A stretch of 64,000 nt of DNA from an uncultured Gemmatimonadales bacterium (GTDB taxonomy: Bacteria > Gemmatimonadota > Gemmatimonadetes > Gemmatimonadales > GWC2-71-9), in NCBI GenBank assembly GCA_963779755.1, contig CAVZZO010000003.1, forward strand, positions 736,001-800,000, written 5' to 3'. How positions within the stretch are numbered: position 1 is the stretch's first letter; each line of letters starts with the position of its first letter. Shown here in pieces: positions 1-9,589 of this stretch. The notes below the pieces were generated by a model. That model was not told the DNA's origin. It saw only the letters and a list, made by a program, of their open reading frames with translations, and did not search any database. The position numbers and the translations under genes were made by a program.

Positions 1-3
1 CAG

Positions 4-864
4 GTGGACGGGGGCGCCAACGCCTTCGTCTGGGTGGACGGCCGCGGCCTTCCCTTGCGCGGTGGCGCGCCCGGCGGGCTGACGCTCGATCGTGCCGCCT
101 TCGAGATCGTCAATCTGAACTATCAGCGCCGGCTGCGGGGCCGCCAGGCGCCGGACCCGCTCTGGATCGTCCCCCGAACCGCGCCGGCCAGCGGCGTTCC
201 GTTCACCGGCTCCGGCCCCGATTCAATGCTCGTCCGGCTCATCGGCGCGGCTCCGGTGGCGCGCATCGGCCCGGTGATCGCCGGGCCTTTCCAGGAACTG
301 CGGGGCGACACGCTGGCCCTGCATGTCGCACGGCTGGACAGCCTGACTCCCGGTTTCACCCTGCCCGCCCGCGATTCGAGCCGGCGCCAGTGGCTGGAGG
401 ACGAGCCGCTGCTGGGCCTCGGCAGCCCGGAGGTGGACAGCCTCTCCCGCGCCATCCTGGCGGGCGAAACCGATCCGGTGCGTGCCACCGTGCTCCTGAC
501 CCGCTGGGTCGCGCGGTCGATTCAGCCGGCGGCCGTGGCGGGAGTCGTGGCCGCCCCCCGGGTGCTGGCGCAGCGCCGCGGCGGGGTGAACGAGCATACC
601 CTGGCCTTCGTGGCCCTGGCGCGGGCCGCCGGGCTTCCCGCCCGGGAGGTCAGCGGCGCGCTCTTTGCACGGGGACGGTTCTATCTTCATTCCTGGGCCG
701 AGGTCTATCTGGGGGAATGGGTTCCGGTGGATCCGTCGGCCGGGCAGGCGCCGGCGGACGCCGGGCATCTGCGATTTGCCACGGCGGAACCGGCCGATCC
801 CCTGGAGCTGTTGACCCTGATCGGCGGCCTGCGTTTCGAGCCGCTCCACCCGACGAGCCGATGA
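4..864 (+). CDS. Transglutaminase-like domain protein, probably 5'-truncated by the window edge; catalytic Cys absent
   Basis: Motifs RGGVNEH...ALARAAGLPAREVSG...HSWAEVY...WVPVDP are typical of transglutaminase-like cores, but the usual GxC reads GGV. Confidence 0.75.
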   Translation: MDGGANAFVWVDGRGLPLRGGAPGGLTLDRAAFEIVNLNYQRRLRGRQAPDPLWIVPRTAPASGVPFTGSGPDSMLVRLIGAAPVARIGPVIAGPFQELRGDTLALHVARLDSLTPGFTLPARDSSRRQWLEDEPLLGLGSPEVDSLSRAILAGETDPVRATVLLTRWVARSIQPAAVAGVVAAPRVLAQRRGGVNEHTLAFVALARAAGLPAREVSGALFARGRFYLHSWAEVYLGEWVPVDPSAGQAPADAGHLRFATAEPADPLELLTLIGGLRFEPLHPTSR

Positions 865-1619
865 TTCGCCTGAATCACCTCACCAAGAAATACGGCCGGT
901 TCACCGCGGTGGACGACCTCACCCTGGTCATCCCCGAAGGGCAGCTCTTCGGCTTCCTCGGCCCCAACGGCGCCGGGAAGACGACGACCATGCGGATGAT
1001 CGCCGGAATCCTGAAGCCTACCGCCGGCACGGTGGAGATCTCGGGCGACGACATCCAGGCGCGGCCGCTCGCGGCCAAGTCCCGCCTGGGCTACATCCCC
1101 GACCGGCCCTTCGTGTACGAGAAGCTCACCGGCTCGGAGTTTCTCCGCTTCGTGGCCGCCATCTTCGGGCAAGACGGGCCGGCGGTGGAGCAGCGGGCGG
1201 ACGAGCTGCTGGAACTGTTCGAGCTCACCCCGTGGAAGAACGAGCTGGTGGAATCCTACAGCCACGGCATGCGGCAGAAGCTCATCATCGCGAGCGCCCT
1301 GGTACACCGGCCGTCGGTGATCGTAGTGGACGAGCCCATGGTGGGCCTCGACCCGCGCAGCGCACGGCTGCTGAAGGACCTGCTGCGCGGTTTCGTGGGC
1401 CGGGGCGGCACGGTGCTGATGAGCACCCACACGCTGGAAGTGGCCGAGAGCATGTGCGACCGGATCGCGATCATCATGAAGGGCAGGATCGTGGTGGAAG
1501 GGACGCTGGATGAGCTGCGGGCCCAGACCGCCTCCGAGGGCCTGGGCCTGGAGGAGCTGTTCCTGAAGGTCACCGGCACCGCCCCTTCCGCCGACCTGGA
1601 CCCGGTGCTGGATTCCTGA
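861..1619 (+). CDS. ABC transporter ATP-binding protein
   Basis: ATG at 861 overlaps the upstream stop (ATGA); Walker A GPNGAGKT, signature YSHGM, Walker B IVVDEP, H-loop STH. Confidence 0.95.
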   Translation: MIRLNHLTKKYGRFTAVDDLTLVIPEGQLFGFLGPNGAGKTTTMRMIAGILKPTAGTVEISGDDIQARPLAAKSRLGYIPDRPFVYEKLTGSEFLRFVAAIFGQDGPAVEQRADELLELFELTPWKNELVESYSHGMRQKLIIASALVHRPSVIVVDEPMVGLDPRSARLLKDLLRGFVGRGGTVLMSTHTLEVAESMCDRIAIIMKGRIVVEGTLDELRAQTASEGLGLEELFLKVTGTAPSADLDPVLDS

Positions 1620-3328
1620 TGCCGGCCGACCTCCGCGCCGGCGCCCCGCCGCAGCCGGCGCTCTGGACCATCATGCTGCCCAAGTGGCGCAGCGCGCTCA
1701 CCCGCGCCGCCCAGGGCCGCAGCGCCACCCGGCTGGGTCTCCTGCTCCTGGTCGCCGGCTTCTTCTGGGCCGCCGCCTTCGGCATTCTCTACCGGATTCT
1801 CCGCTACTTCCGCGGCGTGGAGGATATCGGCACGCCGGTGGCAGCCAAGCTGCTGGGGCTGGTGCTGCTTGCCTTTCTCTCCATCCTGCTGCTGTCGAAC
1901 CTGATCACCTCGCTCTCCACCTTCTTCCTGGCCAAGGATCTGGACCTGCTGGTCTCGGCGCCGCTCGACTGGCTCCGGGTCTATCTGGCCAAGCTGGGCG
2001 AGACGATCGTCCACAGCTCGTGGATGGTGCTGCTCATGGCCATCCCGATCTTCAGCGCCTACGGCGTGGTCTACGGCGGCGGCCTGCTGTTTCCCATGGT
2101 CGCCGCCGCCGCGTTCATACCCTTCCTCATCCTGCCGGCGGTGGTGGGAATCGCGCTTACGCTGCTCCTGGTGAACATCTTTCCTGCCCGGCGCACCCGC
2201 GACCTGCTGGGGCTCATCGCCATCGGGGCAGCGGGCGGGCTGGTGCTGTTGCTGCGCGTCGCGCGGCCGGAGCGGCTGGCGCGGCCGGAGGGGTTCCAGA
2301 ACCTGATCGAGTTCATCGGGGTGCTGCGGACGCCCACCAATCCGTACCTGCCGAGCGAGTGGACCAGCAACATGGTGATGAACTGGCTGCTGCGGATCTC
2401 CGATCCGCTGCCTATCGCCCTGCTCTGGACCACCGCGGCGGCGTTCGTGGTGCTGGGCGCCTGGTTGCACCGGCGGCTCTATGCCCGCGGCTACAGCAAG
2501 GCCCAGGAGGGTGCCGAGCGATTCGTGCGTGGGGCCACCCTGCACCGGCTGGGGCAGCGCCTGTTCGCGGGCCTGGGCCCCAGCCGGCGCGAGTTCCTGC
2601 TCAAGGACATCAAGCTCTTCTTCCGCGATACCACCCAGTGGAGCCAGCTCATCCTGCTGGCGGTGCTGGTGATCGTCTATCTCTTCAACATCACCGCCCT
2701 GCCGCTCTTTACCGGGGAGCGGGTCCCGTTCTTTCTGGTGACGCTGATCGCGTTCCTCAACATGGGGCTGGCGGGGTTCGTGCTGGCGGCCATCGCCGGG
2801 CGGTTCATCTTTCCGTCGTTTTCGCTGGAGGGAAAGCAGATGTGGCTTCTGCGCTCGAGCCCGCTCGACCTGCGGGCGCTGCTCTGGAGCAAGTACTGGA
2901 TCGGCACGGCGCCGCTGCTGGTGCTGGCGATCGCCATCACCATCGCCACCAATACCCTGCTGCACGCTTCCGCCTTCATGATGGGCGTCAGCCTGGCGAC
3001 CATCCTGCTCCTCACCTTCGCCATCAGCGCGCTGGCGCTCGGGTTCGGGGTGCTCTACCCCCAATTCGAGACGGAGAACGCCGCCCAGATCCCCACCAGC
3101 TTCGGGGGCCTGGTGTTCATGATGACGGCCGTCAGCCTGCTGGGTATCGTGATCATGATCGAGGCGCGGCCGGTCATGGCCTACCTGCGCGCGGTACAGA
3201 ACGGCCGCCCGGCCAACCTCACGGCCGAGCTGCTCCTGGCTGGAGGGATTGTCGTGGTCATCTGCGCCCTGGCGACGATCCTGCCGCTGCGCATCGGGCT
3301 GCGACGGATGGAGGAGATGGAGTTCTGA
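1619..3328 (+). CDS. ABC exporter permease (multi-pass membrane protein)
   Basis: 569 aa with many hydrophobic segments; TGATG coupling to the ATPase gene. Confidence 0.85.
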   Translation: MPADLRAGAPPQPALWTIMLPKWRSALTRAAQGRSATRLGLLLLVAGFFWAAAFGILYRILRYFRGVEDIGTPVAAKLLGLVLLAFLSILLLSNLITSLSTFFLAKDLDLLVSAPLDWLRVYLAKLGETIVHSSWMVLLMAIPIFSAYGVVYGGGLLFPMVAAAAFIPFLILPAVVGIALTLLLVNIFPARRTRDLLGLIAIGAAGGLVLLLRVARPERLARPEGFQNLIEFIGVLRTPTNPYLPSEWTSNMVMNWLLRISDPLPIALLWTTAAAFVVLGAWLHRRLYARGYSKAQEGAERFVRGATLHRLGQRLFAGLGPSRREFLLKDIKLFFRDTTQWSQLILLAVLVIVYLFNITALPLFTGERVPFFLVTLIAFLNMGLAGFVLAAIAGRFIFPSFSLEGKQMWLLRSSPLDLRALLWSKYWIGTAPLLVLAIAITIATNTLLHASAFMMGVSLATILLLTFAISALALGFGVLYPQFETENAAQIPTSFGGLVFMMTAVSLLGIVIMIEARPVMAYLRAVQNGRPANLTAELLLAGGIVVVICALATILPLRIGLRRMEEMEF

Positions 3329-3349
3329 CCCTTCCCCGCCCCGGCTCCT

Positions 3350-3460
3350 GGAATCAGGAATCAGGCACCGGGGACCGGGGACCGGGCGTACGACAGGGCA
3401 CTACCTGGTTCCTGGTCCCTGGTCCCAGATTCCTGGTTCCCGATTCCGATTCCCCATTCC
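3350..3460. repeat. Heptamer tandem repeats arranged as an imperfect inverted repeat
   Basis: GGAATCA/GGGACCG units followed by complementary CCTGGTT/CCTGGTC/CCGATTC units. Confidence 0.7.
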
Positions 3461-3484
3461 CGTTTCCCAATTCCCCTGACCACG

Positions 3485-4534
3485 ATGACCTCTCCCCGAC
3501 TCGTCGACCTCTTCTCCGACACCGTCACCCGCCCTCCCCGCGAGATGCGCGCCTTCATGGCCGCAGCCGAGGTGGGGGATGAGCAACGCGGACTCGATCC
3601 CACCGTCAATCTGCTGCAGGAGATGGTCGCCGACTTGCTGGGCAAGGAGGCCGCTCTGTTCCTGCCCAGCGGGACCATGTGCAACCAGATCTCCTTCGCC
3701 GTGCACTGCCGCGCGGGCGACGAGATCATCATGGATGTTCTGGCCCACCCGTACAACTTCGAGGCGGGAGGGCCCACGGCCCTGGTGGGCGCCGGCGTCC
3801 GGACGGTCGCGGGAGACCGCGGCCGCTACACTGCCGCGCAGGTCGAGGCCGCCATCCGCCGCGACCATAATCATGATCCGCGTACCCGGGCGATCTCGGT
3901 GGAACAGACCACCAATATTCACGGCGGGGCTATCTGGCCGCTGGCCCAGGTGCGCGAGGTCTGTGCCGCCGCCGAACGGCGGGGGCTGCGGCGGCATCTG
4001 GACGGTGCCCGGCTGCTGAATGCGGTGGTGGCCACCGGCATTCCGGCGCGGGAATGGGCCGCTACCTTCGAGTCGGCCTGGGTGGATCTCAGCAAGGGGC
4101 TGGGTGCACCGGTAGGCGCGGTGCTAGCCGGGAGCCGCGACTTCATCGAGGCGGCCTGGCCCTGGAAGCACCGGCTGGGCGGGGCCATGCGGCAGGCGGG
4201 GATCATCGCGGCGGCGGGGGTGTACGCCCTGCGGCACAACGTGGAGCGGCTGGCGGACGATCACGCCAACGCGAAGACGCTGGCGAAAGGGCTGGCGGAG
4301 ATCCCGGGGATACGGCTCGACCCGGCGACCGTCGAGACCAATATCGTGGTGTTCGACATTCGCGGGACGGGTCTCCGCGCCGAGGACGCCGCCCGGCGGC
4401 TGGAGCAGGCCGGCGTGAGCTTCAGCGTCGTGGGACCCACCATGCTCCGGGCGGTGACCCACCTGGATGTGAGCGCAGAGGATGTGCAGTACGCGGTCGA
4501 AGCAACCGCACGAGGACTAGGGAGTGAGGCGTGA
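3485..4534 (+). CDS. ltaE: Low-specificity L-threonine aldolase (PLP-dependent)
   Basis: DLFSDTVTRP, FLPSGTMCNQ, HLDGARLLNA, SKGLGAPVG (PLP Lys), GGAMRQAG. Confidence 0.9.
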   Translation: MTSPRLVDLFSDTVTRPPREMRAFMAAAEVGDEQRGLDPTVNLLQEMVADLLGKEAALFLPSGTMCNQISFAVHCRAGDEIIMDVLAHPYNFEAGGPTALVGAGVRTVAGDRGRYTAAQVEAAIRRDHNHDPRTRAISVEQTTNIHGGAIWPLAQVREVCAAAERRGLRRHLDGARLLNAVVATGIPAREWAATFESAWVDLSKGLGAPVGAVLAGSRDFIEAAWPWKHRLGGAMRQAGIIAAAGVYALRHNVERLADDHANAKTLAKGLAEIPGIRLDPATVETNIVVFDIRGTGLRAEDAARRLEQAGVSFSVVGPTMLRAVTHLDVSAEDVQYAVEATARGLGSEA

Positions 4535-5092
4535 GTGGGACGGACAGGCGGCAGGACGGCAGGACGGCAAGGCGGCAAGGACGGCAGGACGGCAGGACGG
4601 CAGGACGGCAAGGCGGCAGGACGGCAAGAGCGAGCCCGAAGCCGATGCCTCCCGGAGCGCATGTCAGGAGCGCCCGCCGGTGGATGGTGGATCTGATCGC
4701 CGCGAAGCGATCCGTCGGCGCGCGAAGGGAGGCTCGGCGAGGGCGAGCGAGAGCGAACGGGCTGAGACGTGAGTGGGACGGCAAGGCGGCAAGACGGCAA
4801 GAGCGAGCCCGAAGCCGATGCCTCCCGGAGCGCGCGTCAGGAGCGCCCACCGGTGGATGGGGATCTGATCGCCGCGAAGCGATCCGTCGGCGCGCGGAGA
4901 GAGGCTCGGCGAGGGCGAGCGAGAGCGAACGGGCTGAGGCGTGAGTGGGACGGCAGGACGGCAAGACGGCAAGAGCGAGCCCGAAGCCGATGCCTCCCGG
5001 AGCGCGCGTCAGGAGCGCCCACCGGTGGATGGGGATCTGATCGCCGCGAAGCGATCCCTCGGCGCGCGGAGGGAGGCTCGGCGAGGGCGAGC
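4535..5092 (+). repeat. Three tandem copies (~172-bp period) of a self-complementary element, preceded by GGACGGCA octamer runs
   Basis: Cores GAGCGAGCCCGAAGCCGATGCCTCCC...GAGGCTCGGCGAGGGCGAGC at 4628-4748, 4801-4920 and 4973-5092. Confidence 0.9.
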
Positions 5093-5147
5093 GGTAGAAG
5101 GAAAGGACTGAGAGAAATGACTGGGAGAAAGGACCGAGCGGACGCGC

Positions 5148-5528
5148 TTAATCCGGGCCGTACCCGATCGCCATGGCAATGGCAATGGCAAACATCGCGA
5201 TGAACGGGGTGAGCCCGAGGAAGATCCCGCCTGCCTCGCGGTTGGAGGGAGTGAGGGAATCCACCTGGGATAGCGGGAACTCGACCCGACAAGTGTCGCA
5301 TGCCGAAGGTTGCCAGTACGGCACGCCGCTCACGGTATCGGCGCTGATCCGCAGGGCATGAAGGGTCATGTGCCCGTTGCGAGACCAGACCTCCACCTGG
5401 TCATGATCGGGCAGGGTATCCGGTGCCAACGGAACCGGCTGAGCCCGGCCCGCGCACCCGGATGCCAGCGCCCAGCCCAGAATGGCAAGACCCCGCCTAA
5501 TAGAGCGTGATACCCAGCGACAGTACAT
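5148..5528 (-). CDS. Small hypothetical lipoprotein/membrane protein (start uncertain)
   Basis: Lipobox-like LASGC, a CxxC motif, hydrophobic C-terminus. Confidence 0.5.
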   Translation of the reverse strand: MYCRWVSRSIRRGLAILGWALASGCAGRAQPVPLAPDTLPDHDQVEVWSRNGHMTLHALRISADTVSGVPYWQPSACDTCRVEFPLSQVDSLTPSNREAGGIFLGLTPFIAMFAIAIAMAIGYGPD

Positions 5529-6060
5529 AGGATGTTTCCTCCACCCCCCTTCCCGTCAGCAGGTGATGGAATCCAATCTCACCCACACGGCTGTGGCGGA
5601 CGGTGAATGTCGGCGTAACTCCCACGCTGGAACTCAGCCGCAATCCATAGCCCGCGCCCGCTAACACCGCCCATCCATCGCCCTCCTCATTCGGCCCGTC
5701 GGGAGTCTGGCTGTCGTAGCGTGAACCGCCGACGCCGGCCTTCAGGAAGAATCCTTCCCGGCCGAACGGGGCATAGACGGCAACAGCTGTCAGGCTCGCA
5801 AACTGGTCGCCCACCGTTTCGCGGGTATCCGTATCCACCTCCATCCCGACGCGCCAGGAAGGGGACAGCACCAGGCCCGCGGCCAGCAGATAGCCCGCAG
5901 CGGGACCACCGCCCGCCCGGGAGCAATGGTCGCAGCGAAGGTGGAGGCCGCCATAGCCGAAGCCGGCGCCGAACCAGGCGTGGCCGGGCTGATTCTTCTG
6001 CGCGGCGATGGGGGAGGATGTCGCCACCGCGAGGACCGGGAGGACGAAAAATGCGCGCAT
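5497..6060 (-). CDS. Outer-membrane beta-barrel domain protein
   Basis: Signal peptide MRAFFVLPVLAVA..., Gly/aromatic-rich alternating strands, C-terminal LGITLY. Confidence 0.65.
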   Translation of the reverse strand: MRAFFVLPVLAVATSSPIAAQKNQPGHAWFGAGFGYGGLHLRCDHCSRAGGGPAAGYLLAAGLVLSPSWRVGMEVDTDTRETVGDQFASLTAVAVYAPFGREGFFLKAGVGGSRYDSQTPDGPNEEGDGWAVLAGAGYGLRLSSSVGVTPTFTVRHSRVGEIGFHHLLTGRGVEETSYVLSLGITLY

Positions 6061-6143
6061 CCGCGAACCGATCCGTTCGAAGACGCACCCATACTCGCAG
6101 GCCGGCGTGACCCGCACGTGACCTCAGTTCTCGTCCCGGTGTC

Positions 6144-6255
6144 GCTCGCCCTCGCCGAGCCTCCCTCTGCGCGCTGACGTGCGCCACTGGGAGAGCTCCC
6201 ATCATCTTCCGATGGCACATACGCGCGCTGCGGGAGGCATCGGCTTCGGGCTCGC
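6144..6255 (-). repeat. Inverted fourth copy of the 4.6-5.1 kb element with a different central segment
   Basis: GCTCGCCCTCGCCGAGCCTCCC...GGGAGGCATCGGCTTCGGGCTCGC is the reverse complement of the element's ends. Confidence 0.8.
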
Positions 6256-6288
6256 GTCAGCTTCGCCTCAGTCCTCAGTCCTCAGTCC

Positions 6289-7250
6289 TCAGTCTCCTTC
6301 TCCAAGGATGCCCGCATACACGCCCCGGTCAATATTCCCCCCGCTCAGCACCACCCCCACCCGGCGGTCCCTCATATCCTCCTTCTCCTTCACCAGCGCG
6401 GCCAGCGCGGCGGCGCCCGCCCCTTCGGCCGCATTGTGCGTGGCGGCGAAGTAGAGCCGGACGGCAGCCCGCATCCGTTCCTCCGAAACCGTTACCACGC
6501 GGTCCAGCCCGTGGAACATCACCGCCAACGCCTGAGGGTCAGGCACGCGGCAGGCCAGCCCGTCGGCGAAGGTATCGGCCGTGCTGGTGGTGAGCAGCTC
6601 CCGGTTGCGAAAGGAAAGGGCGTAGGCCGGCGCATTCGCGGCTACCACCCCGACGATTCTGGTGGAAAGGCCGAGCGCGTTCCTGGCCCCGATCACGCCG
6701 CAGGCCCCCGAGCCCATTCCGATGGGGACATACACCGTGTCCAGGTCACTCACCGCACGGAGCAGTTCGAGCGCATAGGTGGCGACGCCGCGCACCAGGA
6801 GGGGATGAAAGGAAGGAATCCGGTGCAGACCACGCTCCTCCGCCAGTTTCGGCCGGCGAACTCCGCCGCCGCCTGGAAGTCGTGCCCTTCCTCGATCAGC
6901 TCGGCCCCCAACGCCCGCATGGACGCGTTCTTCTCCCGGCTGTTGCCGTGCGGCACCACGATCACGGCCGGCAGCCGAGTGCCGCCTGCGGCGAAGGCGA
7001 CACTCTGCCCGTGGTTGCCGCGGGTGGCGGTGAGTACGCCCGATGGCCGCTGCTTTCCCGCAGCCAGGGCCTCCAGGTACACCAGCCCGCCCCGCACCTT
7101 GAAGGCGCCGACGGGGGTGTGATTCTCGTGCTTGACCCACACCTCGCATCCGCAGGCTTCCGCCAGGAGGGGCCAGGCGATCTGCGGCGTGGGAGCCATG
7201 GCGCCGTAGACGAGTTCCGCGGCGGCTTCGAGTTCGGGGAGCGAGAGCAT
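6289..7250 (-). pseudogene. Threonine dehydratase-family PLP enzyme with one frameshift near 6850 (pseudogene or sequencing error)
   Basis: N-half (KHENHTPVGAFKVRG, TRGNHGQ) is in ORF 6750-7250; C-half (VPIGMGSG, DGLACR, LSGGNID) is in ORF 6289-7149. Confidence 0.85.
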
Positions 7251-7258
7251 ATTGAAAG

Positions 7259-7313
7259 GTAAGAGGTAAGGCGTGTGACGTGGTTTCGCCGCCGTTCGCG
7301 CCTTACCTCTTAC
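7259..7313. repeat. Perfect 15-bp inverted repeat in a divergent intergenic region
   Basis: GTAAGAGGTAAGGCG (7259-7273) / CGCCTTACCTCTTAC (7299-7313). Confidence 0.75.
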
Positions 7314-7434
7314 GCCTCACCTCTGGAGTTCCCCTCTGCCGCTCGCGAATTCGCTCGCCGTTCCGCGTATTCCCGGTGCCGGCCGGAATCCGCCCCCCTC
7401 CTAGCTTGGCCTCCCCTCATCACTGGGAGGCCCC

Positions 7435-8679
7435 ATGCCTCGCTGGAAATCACTCATCCTGCTCGCCGCCGCGAGCGTCCTCGCCGCCTGTGCTGGCCGA
7501 GACGCCCCCACAGGCGCCTCCGGGGAACGCGGCCTCAACGCCGCGGCGCCCGCCTCCGCCGCCGATGCGGCCCGGGAGCGACTGACCCGCCGGTTCGCCC
7601 TGGCTCTGGCGGACCCGGTATTCCGGCGTTACTTGAAAGACAGCCTGGACCGGTCGGGATACCGTGAGCACAAGCTCTACCTGCAGCGGCTGCTTCTGAG
7701 AGACGGCAATCACGTGCGGCGTGCGCTGGCGCGGGCAGCCGGCGATGCCGACAGCGCGGTGGAGGCCGACGCCACCCTGGCGGGTCCGCTGGAAGTGTAC
7801 CTCCCGGTGCCGGAACAGCGGCGTGCATGGCAGGGAGACGCCAACCTGCTGGTCGCGACCGCCCTGCGGGATCACGACGCGCCGGTGGCGTTCGACCTCG
7901 CGGGCCGCCGGCGGCGGCTCAGTGCCGACGCGCCACCGGCCATCCCGGTCCTGGCGGTCGTGCCGGCAGAGACCAATTTCTCCCGGGCGCCGGCTCCCGC
8001 TACCTGCACTCCGGAAACCTGCGACAGCGGGGGCGGAGGCACCGGCGGGGGCGGGGGCGGCTCGGGCGGCGGCCCCAGTGGCGGGTCGCCCGCGCCCGGG
8101 CTGTACATGACGTATTCGCATTTCGTGCAAGACTTTGAAGGCTGGTTGAAGGGCAGCCCCGAATTTGAAATCCACATTCTGGGCCAGGCCGGGGCCAGCG
8201 ACTCCCTGACCGATTACCAGTGCGCCGGAGAGCACGCCGGCGGCCCCTACACCTTCGACCAGAACAACCTGGACTGGAACGGGTCGGTGCTGCTGTTCAG
8301 CCAGGCGCAGCTGGACAGCTACAAGGCCCAGCACCCCAACCAGAGCATCCGGGTCTTTGCCCTGGAGGACGACGACACGCCCTGCGTGATCAAGACCGGC
8401 CAGAAGGCGCTGGAGAATATCTTCGCGGTGGTGGATGGCATCTATAACCTGGCGACCGGCGGCAAGGACACTACCACCGGCATCACCAGGATCTACCACC
8501 AGGCCACCATCCTCCAGAAGCTGTGGGCGGCGGCGGCCGGCCTGATCAAGACCAACGACGACCTGATCGGCAACGCCGTGGAGGATGTGGTGGTGGGACA
8601 GTATTACCCGGGAGCCAACTGGATCGTGAAGGGCAGCAACAACGTGACCAACGGCTGGCTGAAGCTCGTGATGTACTGA
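7435..8679 (+). CDS. Hypothetical lipoprotein with a Gly-rich linker (weakly reminiscent of DUF3103)
   Basis: RBS GGGAGG, lipobox VLAAC, two domains separated by poly-Gly, DFEGWLKGSPE motif. Confidence 0.75.
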   Translation: MPRWKSLILLAAASVLAACAGRDAPTGASGERGLNAAAPASAADAARERLTRRFALALADPVFRRYLKDSLDRSGYREHKLYLQRLLLRDGNHVRRALARAAGDADSAVEADATLAGPLEVYLPVPEQRRAWQGDANLLVATALRDHDAPVAFDLAGRRRRLSADAPPAIPVLAVVPAETNFSRAPAPATCTPETCDSGGGGTGGGGGGSGGGPSGGSPAPGLYMTYSHFVQDFEGWLKGSPEFEIHILGQAGASDSLTDYQCAGEHAGGPYTFDQNNLDWNGSVLLFSQAQLDSYKAQHPNQSIRVFALEDDDTPCVIKTGQKALENIFAVVDGIYNLATGGKDTTTGITRIYHQATILQKLWAAAAGLIKTNDDLIGNAVEDVVVGQYYPGANWIVKGSNNVTNGWLKLVMY

Positions 8680-8712
8680 GCGGGGCCGTCCACCCTCAAC
8701 ATCGGAGGCATC

Positions 8713-9321
8713 GTGCAATCGAGGCTGCTGATCCTGCTGGCGCTGGCGCTCGCGACCCCTGCCGGCGTGTCATCCGCCCAGAGCCGGTGGGTGCTGACTC
8801 CCGAGATCGGACTGGCCAGCTTCTCGGGAGCATCAAAAGGGACGTCCGGCGGGATCGAGGTCGGGGGGCATCCCTCCGGGATGACAAGCGCCGGCGTACG
8901 CCTCGAGAAGGAAACCGGCGGCACCCACCTGGCCCTGGGCCTGCTCTTCGGGAAGCCGGGCTTCCAGGCGGGCACCACCGAAGGGCTGACCGTAACGCTG
9001 AACGACCAGTTCACCATGATCGAGCTGCGCCCGGAACTGACGCTGCCGCTAGCCCGGGTCGGGGGCGAAGGCACCCTGCGGGCGGCCGTAGGCCCCCTCG
9101 CGATGGTCTCGCGCATTACCCAGGGCCCCACGCACCTGCTCTTCGGTGGGCTGGCGGCCCTCTCGCTCGTCATTCCCTTGAGCCCCCGCGTAGCCACTGA
9201 TGTGCGCTACGAGGTGGCGCTTACTCAATCACCGCTCCGCGCGGACGACCTGCCGCCCGAGCTGAGCAGCAAGCCCATGTGGCGGCGGCGCCTGGCGCTG
9301 GGGGTGCGGTTGGGGCTCTAA
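8713..9321 (+). CDS. Hypothetical outer-membrane beta-barrel protein
   Basis: RBS GGAGG with GTG start, signal peptide ending SSA-Q, amphipathic strands. Confidence 0.65.
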   Translation: MQSRLLILLALALATPAGVSSAQSRWVLTPEIGLASFSGASKGTSGGIEVGGHPSGMTSAGVRLEKETGGTHLALGLLFGKPGFQAGTTEGLTVTLNDQFTMIELRPELTLPLARVGGEGTLRAAVGPLAMVSRITQGPTHLLFGGLAALSLVIPLSPRVATDVRYEVALTQSPLRADDLPPELSSKPMWRRRLALGVRLGL

Positions 9322-9324
9322 GAC

Positions 9325-9588
9325 AAGAGAAATGAGGAAAGAGGAAGGAGAAAAGAGAGAGGCCCTGAGCCCGCCGGTGCCGATCCCCTGAGCGAAGCGG
9401 ACTGCTCAGCAGCACCGAGCGAACGTCGCAGCGGTGCCGACGGGCATGGGGAGCCCTGCCTGAACCGGAGACCTCCTGAAGAGGTCAAAGGTCGAAGGTC
9501 GAGGGTCGAAGCGAAACAGGGGACCGGGCTCCGCACCCGATCCCCCGAGTTCGATCCCCCTGAATCCTGACTCCTGAATCCTGACTCC
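9325..9588. repeat. Structured REP-like intergenic element with heptamer tracts between convergent genes
   Basis: Nested stems CCCCTG/CAGGGG, CTGAGC/GCTCAG, GCACCG/CGGTGC, GACCTC/GAGGTC; GGTCGAA and CCTGAAT/CCTGACT heptamers. Confidence 0.55.
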
Positions 9589-9589
9589 T

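Noticed and set aside
4261..5301. ORFs over the tandem repeats; possible second CRISPR array
   Set aside because: Whole units are near-identical with no unique spacers; the ORFs are low-complexity repeat translations
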